Of a stretch of 64,000 nucleotides of DNA, positions 1-13,299 are shown piece after piece; the first letter of the stretch is position 1, and each line of letters begins with the position of its first letter. The notes below the pieces were generated by a model that ran no database searches, was not told the DNA's origin, and saw only the letters and a list, made by a program, of their open reading frames with translations. Both the position numbers and the translations under genes were made by a program. Origin of the DNA: the human T2T-CHM13v2.0 reference genome, Homo sapiens. The stretch is taken from assembly GCF_009914755.1 (NCBI RefSeq), contig NC_060934.1, one strand, 5' to 3'.

Positions 1-1255
1 GACCATGTGCTTTATAAAAATGATTATCCAAATTGACATTGAATAGGAAAAAGTGTTCAACTTCAGTAGTCATTGAAAAATGCAAATTAAATCATAATGG
101 GATCAAAACACATACAAGAGAAAGGCTATGGGTAGAAGCTCAGGCAGCACCAGTGTCAGTGAGGGTGAGAGGCAGGGCCCTCGTCGTACTGGTTGGAAGG
201 TAAATTGGTGCCACCATTTTGCAAGGCACTTAGTTTTTGCCTACAAATGCTGATCAAGTGTGCTCCATAACATTCACCAATCCTCATCTTAGGTGTTCAC
301 AAGAGATGTGTGTTCGTGCACAGCCAAGACGTGGATGGGACAGTCACAGCACACTCTTGGGACTATACCACAATGCGCCCTGAACTGGAAATCATCCAAA
401 GGTCCATGGGCAGTACAATGGTTGAATAAACTGTGCTACGTGCAGGCAATGGAAGATTACACAGCAAGAAGGATGAGCAAATTACAGCTACCTCCACCTT
501 GAATGGGTTGTGCAAGCATAATGTTGAGTGAAAGAAGCCAGACACAAAACAGTAAACATAGCAGTGGCAGTGTTAAAATATGGCCACACATTCTTCAACA
601 CCAGTCATCCACAGGGGTTGTCTATGTCCCTCCGCTTAACTCTCGGTGGGCCTCTGGATGCTCTCACCGGAAGTGTGCAGGAGCGATGGTTCTACTTAAC
701 TCCCATGGCCATGAGAGGCCCTAAGAGGATGCACAGCTCCACCCTGCTCAGTTATCTGTCATGGCAGAGCAAACCACCCCAGCCTCAGTGGCGCAAAACA
801 GCACCTGCTGTATAAGACTGTGGGTCAGGGTGGGGATGGCTTGTCTCCCCAGAGAGACTCGAATGGCTGTTGTGACTTGAATGGCGGAGGCCGGAGCCCA
901 GGTGACTGGTGGGTCCAGACGTGAGATGGCTTCTGAAGCCCCATGCCTGGGCTGAGACAGCTGCAAAGCTGTCACAAGAGCGCTGCCACCTGGCAGCAAT
1001 GGAGGTTGGGAGCCATCTGGAATCTGTTTATAGAAATCCTGATGACAAGCAAAACCGTTCTATGACAGTTAGGACAGTGGTTCCCCTGGGGGAGTCTGAG
1101 TGGCTGAAATGGGCGTGCCAGGGGCTCCTGAATTCCAGCAATGTTTATTTTGTGATCCAGTTGCTACAGATACAATCTGTGTTTGGAAATTCTTCATGCT
1201 GTACACTTAGACTTTTTGCACAATTCTATACTCGTGTTATACTTTAATAAAAATC
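1..1255 (+). mobile_element. Old L1 (L1ME/L1MC-like) ORF2 end and 3' UTR remnant, split by an MLT1 LTR
   Basis: L1M 3' motifs: 'aaatgcaaattaaatcataatg', 'gcataatgttgagtgaaagaagccagacacaaaa' (~515-550); resumes after ~1000 and ends 'gtgttatactttaataaaaa'. Confidence 0.65.
563..1000 (+). mobile_element. MaLR LTR, MLT1 (MLT1G/H-like)
   Basis: Starts 'gtggcagtgttaaaatatggccacacattctt', resembling MLT1F/G/H 5' ends; ends near '...cagcaat'; interrupts the L1 remnant. Confidence 0.55.
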
Positions 1256-1269
1256 CCATAAAATAAACA

Positions 1270-1450
1270 GATATTTATTTAGGGCTTACTGTGCACTATA
1301 CTCTGCAGATACTTTATTATCCCTTTAGATCTTCACAATGACCCTGTTGGTTAGAAGCTATTGTCATAGAAAGGTGAAGTGACTGGCCCAAGTTTTCACA
1401 GCTTGGTAGATTTGGGATCTCGACAGAGGTTTGGTTGATGCCCAGCCCAT
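1270..1450 (-). mobile_element. MIR SINE
   Basis: 'atatttatttagggcttactgtgc...aaggtgaagtgactggcccaagttttcacagct' resembles the reverse complement of the MIR core and 3' end. Confidence 0.65.
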
Positions 1451-1974
1451 TATTATAACCGTGATGTATATGTTCTCCAAATGAATGGTCCAAGCTATTG
1501 AATAGGCAACCAACAAAAACCAAATAAACAAAATGTTGAATGCACATCATCAAAAATCCAACCTCACTAAAAGCCAAAGAAATACAAATTCAAACAATAA
1601 GGCATTATTTTTCTTTCTTATCAAATTGACAGTAATTATGAACAGGATATTGTCTATATTTGGAAAGTTAATGGGAAAATTCATATGCCTCACTGGAGGG
1701 GATGTAAATTATCGCAAATATCTTGCAAATGTTTGACAAATTTGTGTTAAATATTTAAATGTCTATAGCCTTTAACCTAACAATTCTGATTCTAGTTATC
1801 TCTCCTAAGAATAAATGAGCAATTACACAAAATATAGGCTATAGGATTATTCCTCAAAAACTATTACGGTGCTTAAATGAAAAAAAAAAGTAAAGAAAGA
1901 AGATAGGGAGGGAGGGAGAGGAAGGGAAAGAGGGAGGGAATGGAAAAAGTTAAAATGCCGTGAAACACAGCACA

Positions 1975-2080
1975 GGCAGAGTGGAGCCTGCCTATGGTCC
2001 AAGCTACTCAGGAAGCTGATGTGGGAGAATCACTTGAGCCCAGAAGTTCGAATCCAGCCACAGCCTTTTCTTTAAAAAAT
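1975..2080 (+). mobile_element. Diverged Alu monomer (FLAM_A-like)
   Basis: 'gcctgcctatggtccaagctactcaggaagctgatgtgggagaatcacttgagcccagaagttcg'. Confidence 0.7.
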
Positions 2081-2909
2081 ACCAGAAATGTGAATTTATT
2101 AAATGAATCCTTTAATATTTATTACATACCTAGAATGCAGTATTATATCACAGTATATTTTTTTCACACAATAAAATCCTTCATGTGGGTGTGCGCGTGT
2201 ATGTATACACATGTAAACATGGCTGACTTTGAAATAGCATGAACAATGAGATCCCACTTTTAAATACATGTGAATGTTTATGCACAGAACCCTGAAAGGA
2301 CCTATCCCAAAATATGGATGGAGATTTTTCAGAATGTTAGTAACATTATGCATTTTTATATTGTCAATATTTTTGTGTTGAACATATGTTTATATATGAG
2401 TGTATTTTATTTTAAATAACATAAAAATATCACAATATAAAAAATGTACACAAAATCATGCAAAATGCAAAACAAAGGCTCACAATTACCTATTTGCCAT
2501 GATTACAACAGTGAGGGGCACACACATAGAACAGAAATGCAAAGCAAATCGCAGCTGTGTTAAAATAATAGGATTTAAAAAATATATTTGCATAATTATG
2601 TATAGTCACATGATTTGAACACAGAAATGTAAAAGTTTTTAAAAAATTAAAATTCTTTTTTAACTTGAACCTTAAGCCATATGCACACCGCTCAATTATA
2701 ACCATGTGGCCTGTTTTCTCAGCAAGAAATGAAACATGTGCCTGCAATGCGGCTCCATGCTGATGGGAAGAGCCACTCCAAACATTGCTGAGGATGGAGA
2801 GGTTCGTGGACGGGAGGGGCAGAGCATTTGGAAGTGAGGAGTCGAGGTGCACAACACAATCACACTCACAATGTATTGAATGGTATTTCTGTCTTTAGGT
2901 GTTTGAGGA

Positions 2910-2990
2910 ATTGCCACACTGCAATTCTTAAAATCTTTTGAAGAGGTCTTTTTTTGCACTGGGTCTTGTAAGTGATATAGCTTGTCCTGC
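2910..2990 (-). mobile_element. MER45-like hAT DNA transposon fragment
   Basis: Reverse complement 'caggacaagctatatcacttacaagacccagtgcaaaa...ttcaaaagattttaagaatt' resembles the recalled MER45A 5' end. Confidence 0.4.
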
Positions 2991-3857
2991 AGGCCCTGTT
3001 TTGTCTTCCCCACAGCTTCGTAGCCCAATAAGATAAATGTTGTTCTTCCCAGGATTGCAGAAGCTGGGCTTCATGAGAAAGGTCCTAGTGTCTGCTGTGC
3101 CCTGCTTGGGAAACATCCCATCTATTGCTCTTTAGTGAACTTGGTTCTACTTAAAACATTACCATGGACCCACTTTTCTTTTAATCACAGGCAAACTGGC
3201 CCTGAGCTCTAATGAGCTGCACACAACTTGTGTGACTCTGTGTTTTTTGAGGTAGCACTGGGGATAGTTGCAGCGTGTGACCACAGGGTCCCCCACTCCT
3301 GTGGGGTCTTCGTGCTGTTGAGGACAGGGTTACATGAAGCCTACAAGCCAGAGGAAGTTATAAAAGTCTTCCAAAGTGACTTCCAGCAACTAACTGAAGC
3401 CCCCAGTGACAGGCCAGTGGGATCTAACCAGAATTGTGCCTAAGGGATGATGGGGGCAATGTTTGTCAGGGGATCCTGTCAACACCAGCAGATACCATGT
3501 TACATCATGAGTAAGCCAGCAAGAAAATACAAACCTTCGGCTGCCTGCATCATATCAACATGGCTTGCAAGACCATCAGCCATCTCCCACCTGGAGCAAG
3601 AATTAATAGTCCAGAGAAAACATTCTAGCAGCTTAATGGAGCTAGTGCTGCTCTGATCCTCTGTCCCTGGAAGCTGAAGGTGCCTGTTTAAGCTCTGGGA
3701 ACCCAGCACTTTATCTATTCCTGTCTCTCTTCTGAGAACCCAGACCAGAGCATCACAGTTCATGCTGGAAAACTAAAGGCAATGAAGGATGATTGTGTAA
3801 TTTATATCTTGTTCAAATGAGCAGCCCCCAGGTCACTCTTTAATCAAAATGAACATA

Positions 3858-4300
3858 ATCACAGACACACACACACACGCACATGCATACTCACACAACA
3901 CACATATACACAGGCATATACACACGCACATCCATGCACACAGATACAAACCTGCACATACATATATGTGGACATGACCATGCATGTGCACAGACTCAGA
4001 CATGTGCACACATATACACATACATACACACATGCACACACATGCACATAGATTCAAATGCGTGCACTCACATGCACACACATACACATATGTACACACA
4101 TGCACACAGATTCAAACGTGCATGCAATGCACATACATACACATAGGCACAGAGATTCAAACATGTACATGCAATGCACATACACACACACATGCACACT
4201 GACTCAAACATGTGCACACATATACACATACACACACTAACACATGCACACACACATATGACACACATACACACACATATGACACACATACACACACATG
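3858..4300. repeat. Degenerate (CA)/(CATA)/(CATG) alternating purine-pyrimidine tract with ~50-60 bp higher-order unit
   Basis: Directly visible. An anchor like 'cagattcaaa/gactcaaa' recurs about six times. Confidence 0.9.
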
Positions 4301-7300
4301 CCCTACCACAAACTCACTCTCTGCAAGCGTGAGAATGCCACTTGAATTTTCTAATTTTCTAATATTTCCTAATTTATACATCTGCTTCCTGCCTCACCTT
4401 CCATCCAGGGTGCCTTCAGGGTCTCCAAAGGGCATGTTGAGCAGCCTCCATGGCTGAAAGCCCCCGATTGCCCACAATTTCCAGATGATGCCCTGGAGTC
4501 TCAGGCTTAAAGCTTCTCTACTGAGAGAAAGGACCTAGGACAAAGCCAGGGGAGGCCTCCCCACTCCTAGCTTGGGCCATGCCCAGGTCTGAGTGGAGGG
4601 TTGGGCCCTGGATGGACAAGGCCTGGTATGGGATGAGAGGGATTAGGGAAAATGTGACTCTTGGAGATTTAAACAGTGGACCCCCCAGAACACAAAAAGG
4701 CAACCAAGCAGGGATGCCACTGGCCAGGAATTGTCCCTACAGCACCCCCTGCCCCTCAAGATCTAGCTTATACTGAACAAGGAGGATCACAGGGAAGGAG
4801 ACACCAGTACTTTGCTCCTAGCAGAAGGCATGTGGCCAACGCAGTGGGACAAAATGCTACCTTTTCACTTGCATGGCTCTTATCTCAAAAGCATCATCAG
4901 TAATGTGTAATAGATGTAGCTTTAGGTGCGCTGGTCAAAATGCAATAAAATTTTTTCTATTGCATCTTCTTAGAATATAATGAAGAGAAAAGCACCTGCA
5001 GCTTTCTCTGATTACATAAGGCAATTAGATATCTAGGTATTTCAATAATAAGTAGGTCAGTTGTGCAAATTAAGCATTAATTTGGATTTTCTAATGTGCT
5101 TCTACCACACAGGTATTAAAACACAGTCTCTGACCCTGACCATAAATTTGGGCTGGATTCTAATTGTTTATTTGTGTTCTCAGGGTTTGTTTTTGTTTCA
5201 GTAATTGCTTTCTAATTATCTTCCAGTTGCTAAATGGCACTTTACTCAGTTTATCAAGTGGTATTTTCTAAGGCAGCTCCTTAAGGCCTTGTCAGCACTT
5301 GATTCTGATCACTATCATGCAGTGGAAATGAGTCACCAACTTCCATTCCTTCTGTAAAACATGCCAGGTCCAGCAGAGGCTTTCAGCATTGATCGAAGTC
5401 TGCCCCAGATGTAGTAAGAAGCTGATGCCCTCTATTATCCTTAGCAATGGTGCTTTCTAATGGAAATCTTTAAGAAATGCAGATAGGAACTTTGGCTTAA
5501 ACTGTGACATTTAAAGAATGTGGAAGTTTAACAAGGAAAAGCTGAACAAAGTAAAAGTCAATGACTTTATTGGACCCATCATGGAAGTGAGGTTACAGAA
5601 CAAGCTTCTGCCCTGAAATCTAGAAAGGCAGATGAGTACAGAAATCAACACCCCAAGGGCAGAAAACACTTGAGCTAAAGCCTGGTAGAAAGACTTAAAT
5701 GATAATTTTGATGACTTGCTGGAGGCTGAGAGTGGACTAGTATGAAAGCGAGAGACCCAGAGACTCTGGGGGCTGTAGTTGGGGTAGGGAGGACACTTTC
5801 ACTGGTTTTATCTCCAGGAACCTAAGTTCTCACAGTCAAGAGGAAAAAGAAACCCTAATGACTTTGATACAGAGGGAAAAAGTAACAACTTTGGAAAAAA
5901 CCTAAATATTTTCCATGAAAAAAGGCTATATTTCATGAGAAAATACTTTACTAGAACCTAATCCCACCTGAGGGAAGGGCATTAACTTACTTCAGGCCCC
6001 TTGGCCTTCTTGTGTCACCTGGGTAGTTTGAAGCAAATAAAAGCCTACAATGGTGAAGCTCAGAGGCACAGGCCTACTAAAAGACATCCTGTAAGATTTC
6101 AGAATGCACCCCCTTCCCCACACCTCCTTATTACATCAACAGAGATCCAGTATCACAGGAGTGAAATCCAGTTGAAAGAGCTAAAAGGCATAGACTCTAT
6201 TTAAGAAGGAGTCCCTAGGGAAACCCAAAGACAACAAGGGAGACAAAAACAAGGACATGAGAAACAGTTAAATAGTTATAGGCATAGTAAATATTAATAC
6301 AACTGTATCAATAATCATTTTTAATGTGTATGGTCTAAATACACTGACTGAGAGACAAATAGAGTGGTTAAAAAAACAAAACTCAACCATGCACTGTCTA
6401 TAAGAAACCTACTTTAAATAGGGAGACACAGATAGGCTACATGTAAAGGTATAGAGAAAACTATATCATGCTAACTAAGCAAAAGAAAACTGGGGTAGCT
6501 ATACTGATTTCAGAAAAAGCAGAGGTCTGAACAAAAAACATTTTTACATAGAAAAAGGAAATTATACTGTGATAAAGGTGTGAATGCATCTCACAACAGA
6601 ACATCAAAATATGTGAGGCAGAACTGATCAAACTCCAAGAAGGAATGGAAAAATATACTATTATAATTGGAGACTTTAACATTCCTCTTTCAGGAATATT
6701 AAAATTTACAGCCTAAGTTTAAAGTTTGTAGAGCAAGCCGACAGAAAAACCAGTAAAGACATAGTTAAGAGTCCATGAACTGTCAACTTGATCAAATTGG
6801 CATTTATAGAATGCTTCATCTAATAGCAGAAAAATAGCATTCTTTTAACCTTACATGGAATATTCACCACAATAGATCACATTCTTGGCCATAAAACATA
6901 CTTAATAATATATTTAAAAAGATAGAAATCATATAAAGTATATTTGCAGACCACAGTGGACTTAAAGTAGAAATCAGTAGCAGAAAGATACTGGAAAATG
7001 TCAAAATACCTGAAGATTAAGCGACGTACTTCTAAATAACACATGGGTCAAAGAAAAAGTCTCAAGAGAAATGTGAAATATTTTGAACTAAGTGAAAATT
7101 AAAATGTAACATAAAAATTGTGGAATGCAGTAAAAGCAACACTTAGAGGAAAATAAATAGTATTAAGTGCATAATAGAAAAGAAAACAACTCTAAAGTCA
7201 ATAATTGAAGCCTCTACCTTGGAAAATGAAATAACAAAGACAATGTAAGCCTAAAACAGGCAGAAGAAAAGATGTAATAAGAATTATAACTGAAATCAAT

Positions 7301-8432
7301 ACAATTAAAACAAGAAATCAACAGAGAAAATATATTTAAAAAATCAAAAGCCAGCTCTTTGAAGACAACATTAAAATTGGTAAACCTCCGGCCAGCCCAA
7401 ATAACACAAAAACAAAGAAGACAAAAATTACAAACATCAGAAATGAAAAAGGAGTCATTACTACTGATCCCAGTGATGTTAAAAAAGATAAAAAGAAATG
7501 TTATTAACAATTCTATGCTCATAATTTGGATAAGTTACATGACATGGACCAATCCCTTGAGAGACACAAACTGCCAAAACTCAAACAAGGAAAAATTGAC
7601 AATTGGAATAGGCCTAAAATTATTGAAGACATTGAATCAACAATTAATAACTTTCCAAAAATAAACCACCAGGCCCAGATGGTTCCATGGGTAAATTCTA
7701 CCAAAATGTAAGAAGTAATTATAGAAAATCTTTACAATCTCCTCCAGAAAATAGAAGCAGAGGGAGAATCTCCCCCCGGGTTCCCTGAGGACAGTATTAT
7801 GCTCTTACCAAAACCAGAGTGTTGTTTCAAGGGAGGAAAATTACAGGACAATGTCTTTTATAATTATAGATGCAAAATTTCTTCACAAAATGATAGCAAA
7901 TCACATCCACCAATGAGTAAAAATAATTATACACCATGACAAAGTGGGGTTTATTTCAAATTCAGAATATTGATTCAACATTTGAAAACGAATTAGTATA
8001 ATACACCCCCATCAACCAGCTAAAGAAGAAAGAGCATATGATCATATCAATTAATGCAGCAGATGCATTTGACAAAGTTCTATACCCATTCAAGATTTAA
8101 AAATCATTAAATTAGAAATAGGGAAAAACTTTCTCAGCTTGATAAAAACATCTACAAAATACCTACGGCTAATATCATGCTTAGTGATGAGAAACTGGGT
8201 TCTGTCCTCTTAGGTTTGAGAGCAAGGAAAGTCTATCTCCTCTCACCACTCCTATTGAACATAGTATTAGAAGTCCTAGCTAGTACGATAAGACAAGAAT
8301 AGGAAATAAAAAAATTGGGAAGAAAGAAATAAAACTGTCTTTTGTTTAGAAATGATATGATTGCCTATGTAGAAAATCTCAACAAATACACAATAAAGTT
8401 CCTGGGACCAATGAGCAAGTGCTGAAAGATCA

Positions 8433-8716
<284 letters not shown>

Positions 8717-11469
8717 GCTATATGCATAGTATATATGTGGAAAACCGTAAAAGGTTGATGAAGGAAATCAAGATCAAATAGATATAGAGAGATTCTGTGT
8801 TCAGATATTAAAAGACTCAATATTTTAAGGTGTCAATTTTTGTCTTGAGGAGGAAGGGGAGATAAGGGGAGGATGAGAGAAAGAGAAAGAAGAAGAGCAA
8901 CAAAGTTTGAGAACTGACATCACCCAACTTCAAAGCTGACTATAAACATGTAAAACTCAAGACAGCAGGATATTGGAGAGAATACATCCATATATTAATG
9001 GAACAGGATGGATTAACTTAGAAAAATTATACAAAAATACAGCTAACCAATCTTTGATAAAGGAGTAAAGGCAATTCAATGAAGAAAATATGGTCTTTTA
9101 AACAAATGATGCTGGAGTAATTTGTAGGACATCCACATGCAAAATAACAATGAATCTAGACAGAAACCTTACATCTTTCACAGAAAGTAGCTGACAATGG
9201 ATCATAGAGCTAAATATAAAAGGCAAAACTGTAACACTTTTAGAAGAAAATATAGGAAAACAAAGTTCATGCTACCCAGGTGTGGCAATGAATTTTTATC
9301 TATAACACCCAAAGTACAATCCATCAAAAACTGATAGGTTAGACTTTATTAAAATTAAAATATATTGATAAAAGAATGAAAAGACAAGCTACAGACTGAC
9401 AGTAAATACTTGCAAAACATATCTCATAGAGGATTTATATCTAAAATTATTATTATCATTATTATTTTTAAAAACCCAACTTAAATAAGTGGACAAAGGA
9501 TCTCTGGACCCCTCACTAAAGACGATATGGATGAAAAATAAGCATATGAAAGAAAATATATTCAACACCATTTGTTTTATGGAAGTGAACATTAAAGCAA
9601 CAATATGATACTAGTAAATACACTTTAGAATGGTTGAAACAAAACAGACAATAACAAATGCTGGTGAGGATCTAGAGGAGCAGGAACTCTCGTTCACTGC
9701 TGGTGAGAATACAAATGTTACTTTGGAAGGCACTGCGGTGTTTTCTTACAAAGATAAACATACTCTTACCATATGATCCAGGAATTCTGCCCCTAACATT
9801 TACCCAACAGATCTGAAAATTTACGACTACACAAAAACCTACAGAGAAATGTTAGGGCAGCTTTATTCATAATCACCCCAAAACTAGAAGAAACCAAGCT
9901 GTCCTTCAGTAGGTGAATAGATATGCAAACTGCTGCACTCACGCGATAGCATATTACTCAGCAATAAAAAGAGAAGACTCACCAGCTTCAAAAGATGGAA
10001 AGGAACTTTAAATGTATATTTTTAGTGAAATAAGCCATTCTGAAGAGGCTACTTACTCTACGGTTTTAATCATATGATATTCTAGAAAAAAATGTGGAGA
10101 TGGTAAGCTGATGAGTAGTTGACAAGGGCGTGGAATGAGGGGGGAGGACTGAATAAGTGAAGCACAGAAACTCTTCTCTATGATGCTGTAATGATGGATG
10201 AAGAAGATTGCGCATTTGTCAAAATCCATAGAACTTTGGAGCATAAAGAGAGAATCTGAATGTATAAAAAAATTTAAAACATCATTGGGAGATTGTGGGA
10301 TACCAGGAAGGAAGCAGAATGGGAAAAGAGATTCTGTAATGTTGAAACCATGTCACTGAGGGGTTGAGTTACTGACCTAAGGAACTCTGGAAATAAGTGG
10401 AGTCCATAAATTTAAAGGGAAAAACAACTGCCCATGAGACTGTACACTCATTGATAAAGGTATTCCTGTTGGGTTATCGGTTAACTGTTATAATACTTCT
10501 AAATATTTGTACCAGAATTAACAATTAAGAACTGGATGACAGAGGGTGGGGGCCAATTTTCTCACTGTGAAGAGTGGGGTTTACATGTAAGTAAAAGAAG
10601 ATCAGAATGACCCATGTGATAATAGATCAGTGCTGGAGACAACGGTAAGAACTCATGATCAGCTTCATATAGATAGAGATGGACACACACACGCACACAC
10701 TATTTCCTTGTTCTGTCAGCTAGGAGAACCTAAAATAAATCTCATTCCAATAGCAATAAGCATACATCCTTCTCAGAACTTTGTTTCAAATATCATTCTT
10801 TAATAAAAAGAACTGCGGCTCCTTGGAGAAATGGCTGCTTCTAGAACTAAGACAAGAAGTATACAATGTGAGCCTGGAATATTTGTAGTGCCAAGGAGTG
10901 CAATAGAATACCCCACACACATACAGTGATAGGAACAGGAACTAATCAAAGAGCTCCTAAAGGCTAAAGCTGGAACAATTTAAGCAATGAAATCAAGCAA
11001 TATTAGATTATGATTCCCTAAAAGATAAAACATAAAATAAATATCCATAATTCCATGCAGACAAAATAAATTCATGAATAAATTAATAAATGAGAAGAGA
11101 AAACTATCCCATGCAGAAGAATTCCAGATATTTTATGCAGCAGTACTGTGCACGTGTTACGTAGGAGCTGCTCATGACGACTTCCTTCTGAGCACATAAC
11201 GTGGAACTGAGGGGGAAGGTGTAACTTTGCAGGGAAGAACCTGACAAGCCTAGCTCAGCCAGATGACCAAGGGCAGCATCAACAGTGATGGGCCCTGCTG
11301 ACAGCATATGCCTTGGATATGATGTGATGAAAATCTCACTTACTTCTGTGCTCTTCTTCCCAAAAACTTATAACCCTGGCTAACTACAAGAAAAAAACAC
11401 CAGGCAAATTACAATAGTGAGATACCCTTCAAAATATCTGGCCAGTACTCTTCAAAACTGTCAGGGTCA

Positions 11470-11578
11470 ATGGGTGCAGCACACCAGCATGGCACATGTA
11501 CACATATGTAACAAACCTGCACGTTGTGCACATGTACCCTAAAACTTAAAGTATAATAATAATACAATTTTAAAAAAA
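11470..11578 (+). mobile_element. 5'-truncated young L1PA (L1PA3/4-like) 3' end
   Basis: 'atgggtgcagcacaccagcatggcacatgtacacatatgtaacaaacctgcacgttgtgcacatgtaccctaaaacttaaagtataataat'. Confidence 0.92.
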
Positions 11579-11584
11579 TTGACA

Positions 11585-11886
11585 TAGGTTCTTGGGGATG
11601 GGGAGAGATTTGTTAAATGATACAAAATTACACTAAATAGAAAGGGTCTAGTGTTCTATAGCACTCTAGGATGACTATAGTTAATAATATTTATCTAGTT
11701 CAAGTAGCTAGAAGGAAGATATTGAATGTTCCCAACACAAAGATATGACAAATGTTTGCGATGATGGGTATGCTAATTACCCTGATCTGATCACTAAGCA
11801 TTGTATGTTTGGAAACATCACTATGTACCCCATAAGTATGTACAATTATTATGTGTCAATAAAAAAATATTTATAGTAAAAAAAAA
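11585..11886 (+). mobile_element. L1MA-type 3' end lying inside the same TSD as the L1PA (putative 3'-transduced sequence)
   Basis: L1MA 3' motifs 'gaatgttcccaacacaaag', 'gctaattaccctgatctgatca', 'atgtaccccataagtatgtacaattattatgtgtcaataaa'. 16-bp TSD aaaactgtcagggtca at 11454-11469 and 11883-11898. Confidence 0.8.
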
Positions 11887-12239
11887 CTGTCAGGGTCATC
11901 AAAAACAAGGAAAATTTGAGAAACTGTCACAGCCAAGAGGAATCTAAGGAAATATGACAATTTAATACAACGTGGTGTCCTGGGATTGTAAAAGAACACA
12001 GGAGAAAAAGAACTGTGGAAATATGAATGAAGTCTGCACATTAGTTCATAAACGTGTCAATACTGGTTCATTAATCATAACAAATGTACCGCACTGGTGT
12101 AAGGTGTTAATAGTGAGGGAAACCAGGTGTAGGGTCATTGAGAACGCCTGTATTGTCTGCTCAGGTTTTCTATACATGTAAAACTTTTATAAAAATGAAG
12201 TTTATTTAAAAAATAAACGGCAGAGAACAGTTACACCTA

Positions 12240-12445
12240 ATAATATTTTAGAACGAGTACGCTATGTCAGACATCAAGCTGCACATTTAATGCACGGCAT
12301 CTTATTTAACCCCTCTACTCTGAGAGAGGTATCATTACCTATCCCATTTACAGAGGGGAAAAGTAAGGTTTAAAGAGACAAGTCTGAGGTTACAAAGTAA
12401 GTGAGTCATGGACAAGGTGTAAATCCTGCTCTCTTTGATCCCAAA
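12240..12445 (-). mobile_element. MIR SINE
   Basis: 'atcccatttacagaggggaaaagtaaggtttaaagag...gaggttacaaagtaagtgag'. Confidence 0.7.
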
Positions 12446-12762
12446 CTGAGCTTGTGCTCACTCTGCAGACATGGGATGCTGTGCTTTTTAAACTCAGACA
12501 ACTCTTAGGAAACTAATGGCAGTTTTGTCTTTCATGATTATTCTGCCCTTATAGTTCCTTCTGGTCAGTTCTCGGTGCTGTTGTCGGGCAGAAGGTTTAC
12601 ATGTTTACCCTGACACACACACACATGCACATGTGCACACATGTACACACGCCCGCACATGTGCCCAGCTTTATTTTGCTTGGGCCTATCGCCTGCATAA
12701 CCCATCATGAGCTCCAAGATCTCACATTTCCCACTGGAGACTTGCTGTGTTCACACGTTTCA

Positions 12763-12938
12763 CTCATTGTGTAGACCAATCAGACCCTAGCTCTCAGCTC
12801 ATTGTGTAGACCAATCAGACCCTAGCTCTCAGCTCATTGTGTAGACCAATCAGACCCTAGCTCTCAGCTCATTGTGTAGACCAATCAGACCCTAGCTCTC
12901 AGCTCATTGTATAGACCAATCAGACCCTAGCTCTCAGC
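12763..12938. repeat. 35-bp minisatellite, 5 copies, each with a CCAAT box
   Basis: Unit ctcattgtgtagaccaatcagaccctagctctcag; copies identical except one G>A in copy 5. Confidence 0.97.
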
Positions 12939-13299
12939 AATGGGGAGTGACCCTCAGGTGGTGGTTGTAGGCATTTAGAAATAAGGTGGTTCTTAAGTTT
13001 AGGTATCCTAGCTCCAAAATAATACTCATGTGCGTCAGATCAGGTTCCAGCTGCTCCTGGTAAAAGACTGTCTAAGCCTTCCTTGAAGACTGACAGGCAC
13101 CTCCACACATGTGCACACAGGCACATACACTCTTACACATTCTTTTCATTCAACTGCCATAGACAGCGAAATTGGGTGCAGAAAAAAAATCTGGCTTCTT
13201 TTTTTACAATTGGCAATAATGAACTCAGGATGTCCTTAATTAGCATTACATGAATATGGATCACTTTTACTTTATTTGGAAGTTAATATTTTCAGCAGT

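Noticed and set aside
3833-4457. Cluster of His/Thr- and Cys/Val-rich ORFs
   Set aside because: Translations of the CA/TG low-complexity tract.
12763-12938. CRISPR-like appearance of 35-bp direct repeats
   Set aside because: Units are head-to-tail with no unique spacers, there are no cas genes, and the context is primate DNA.
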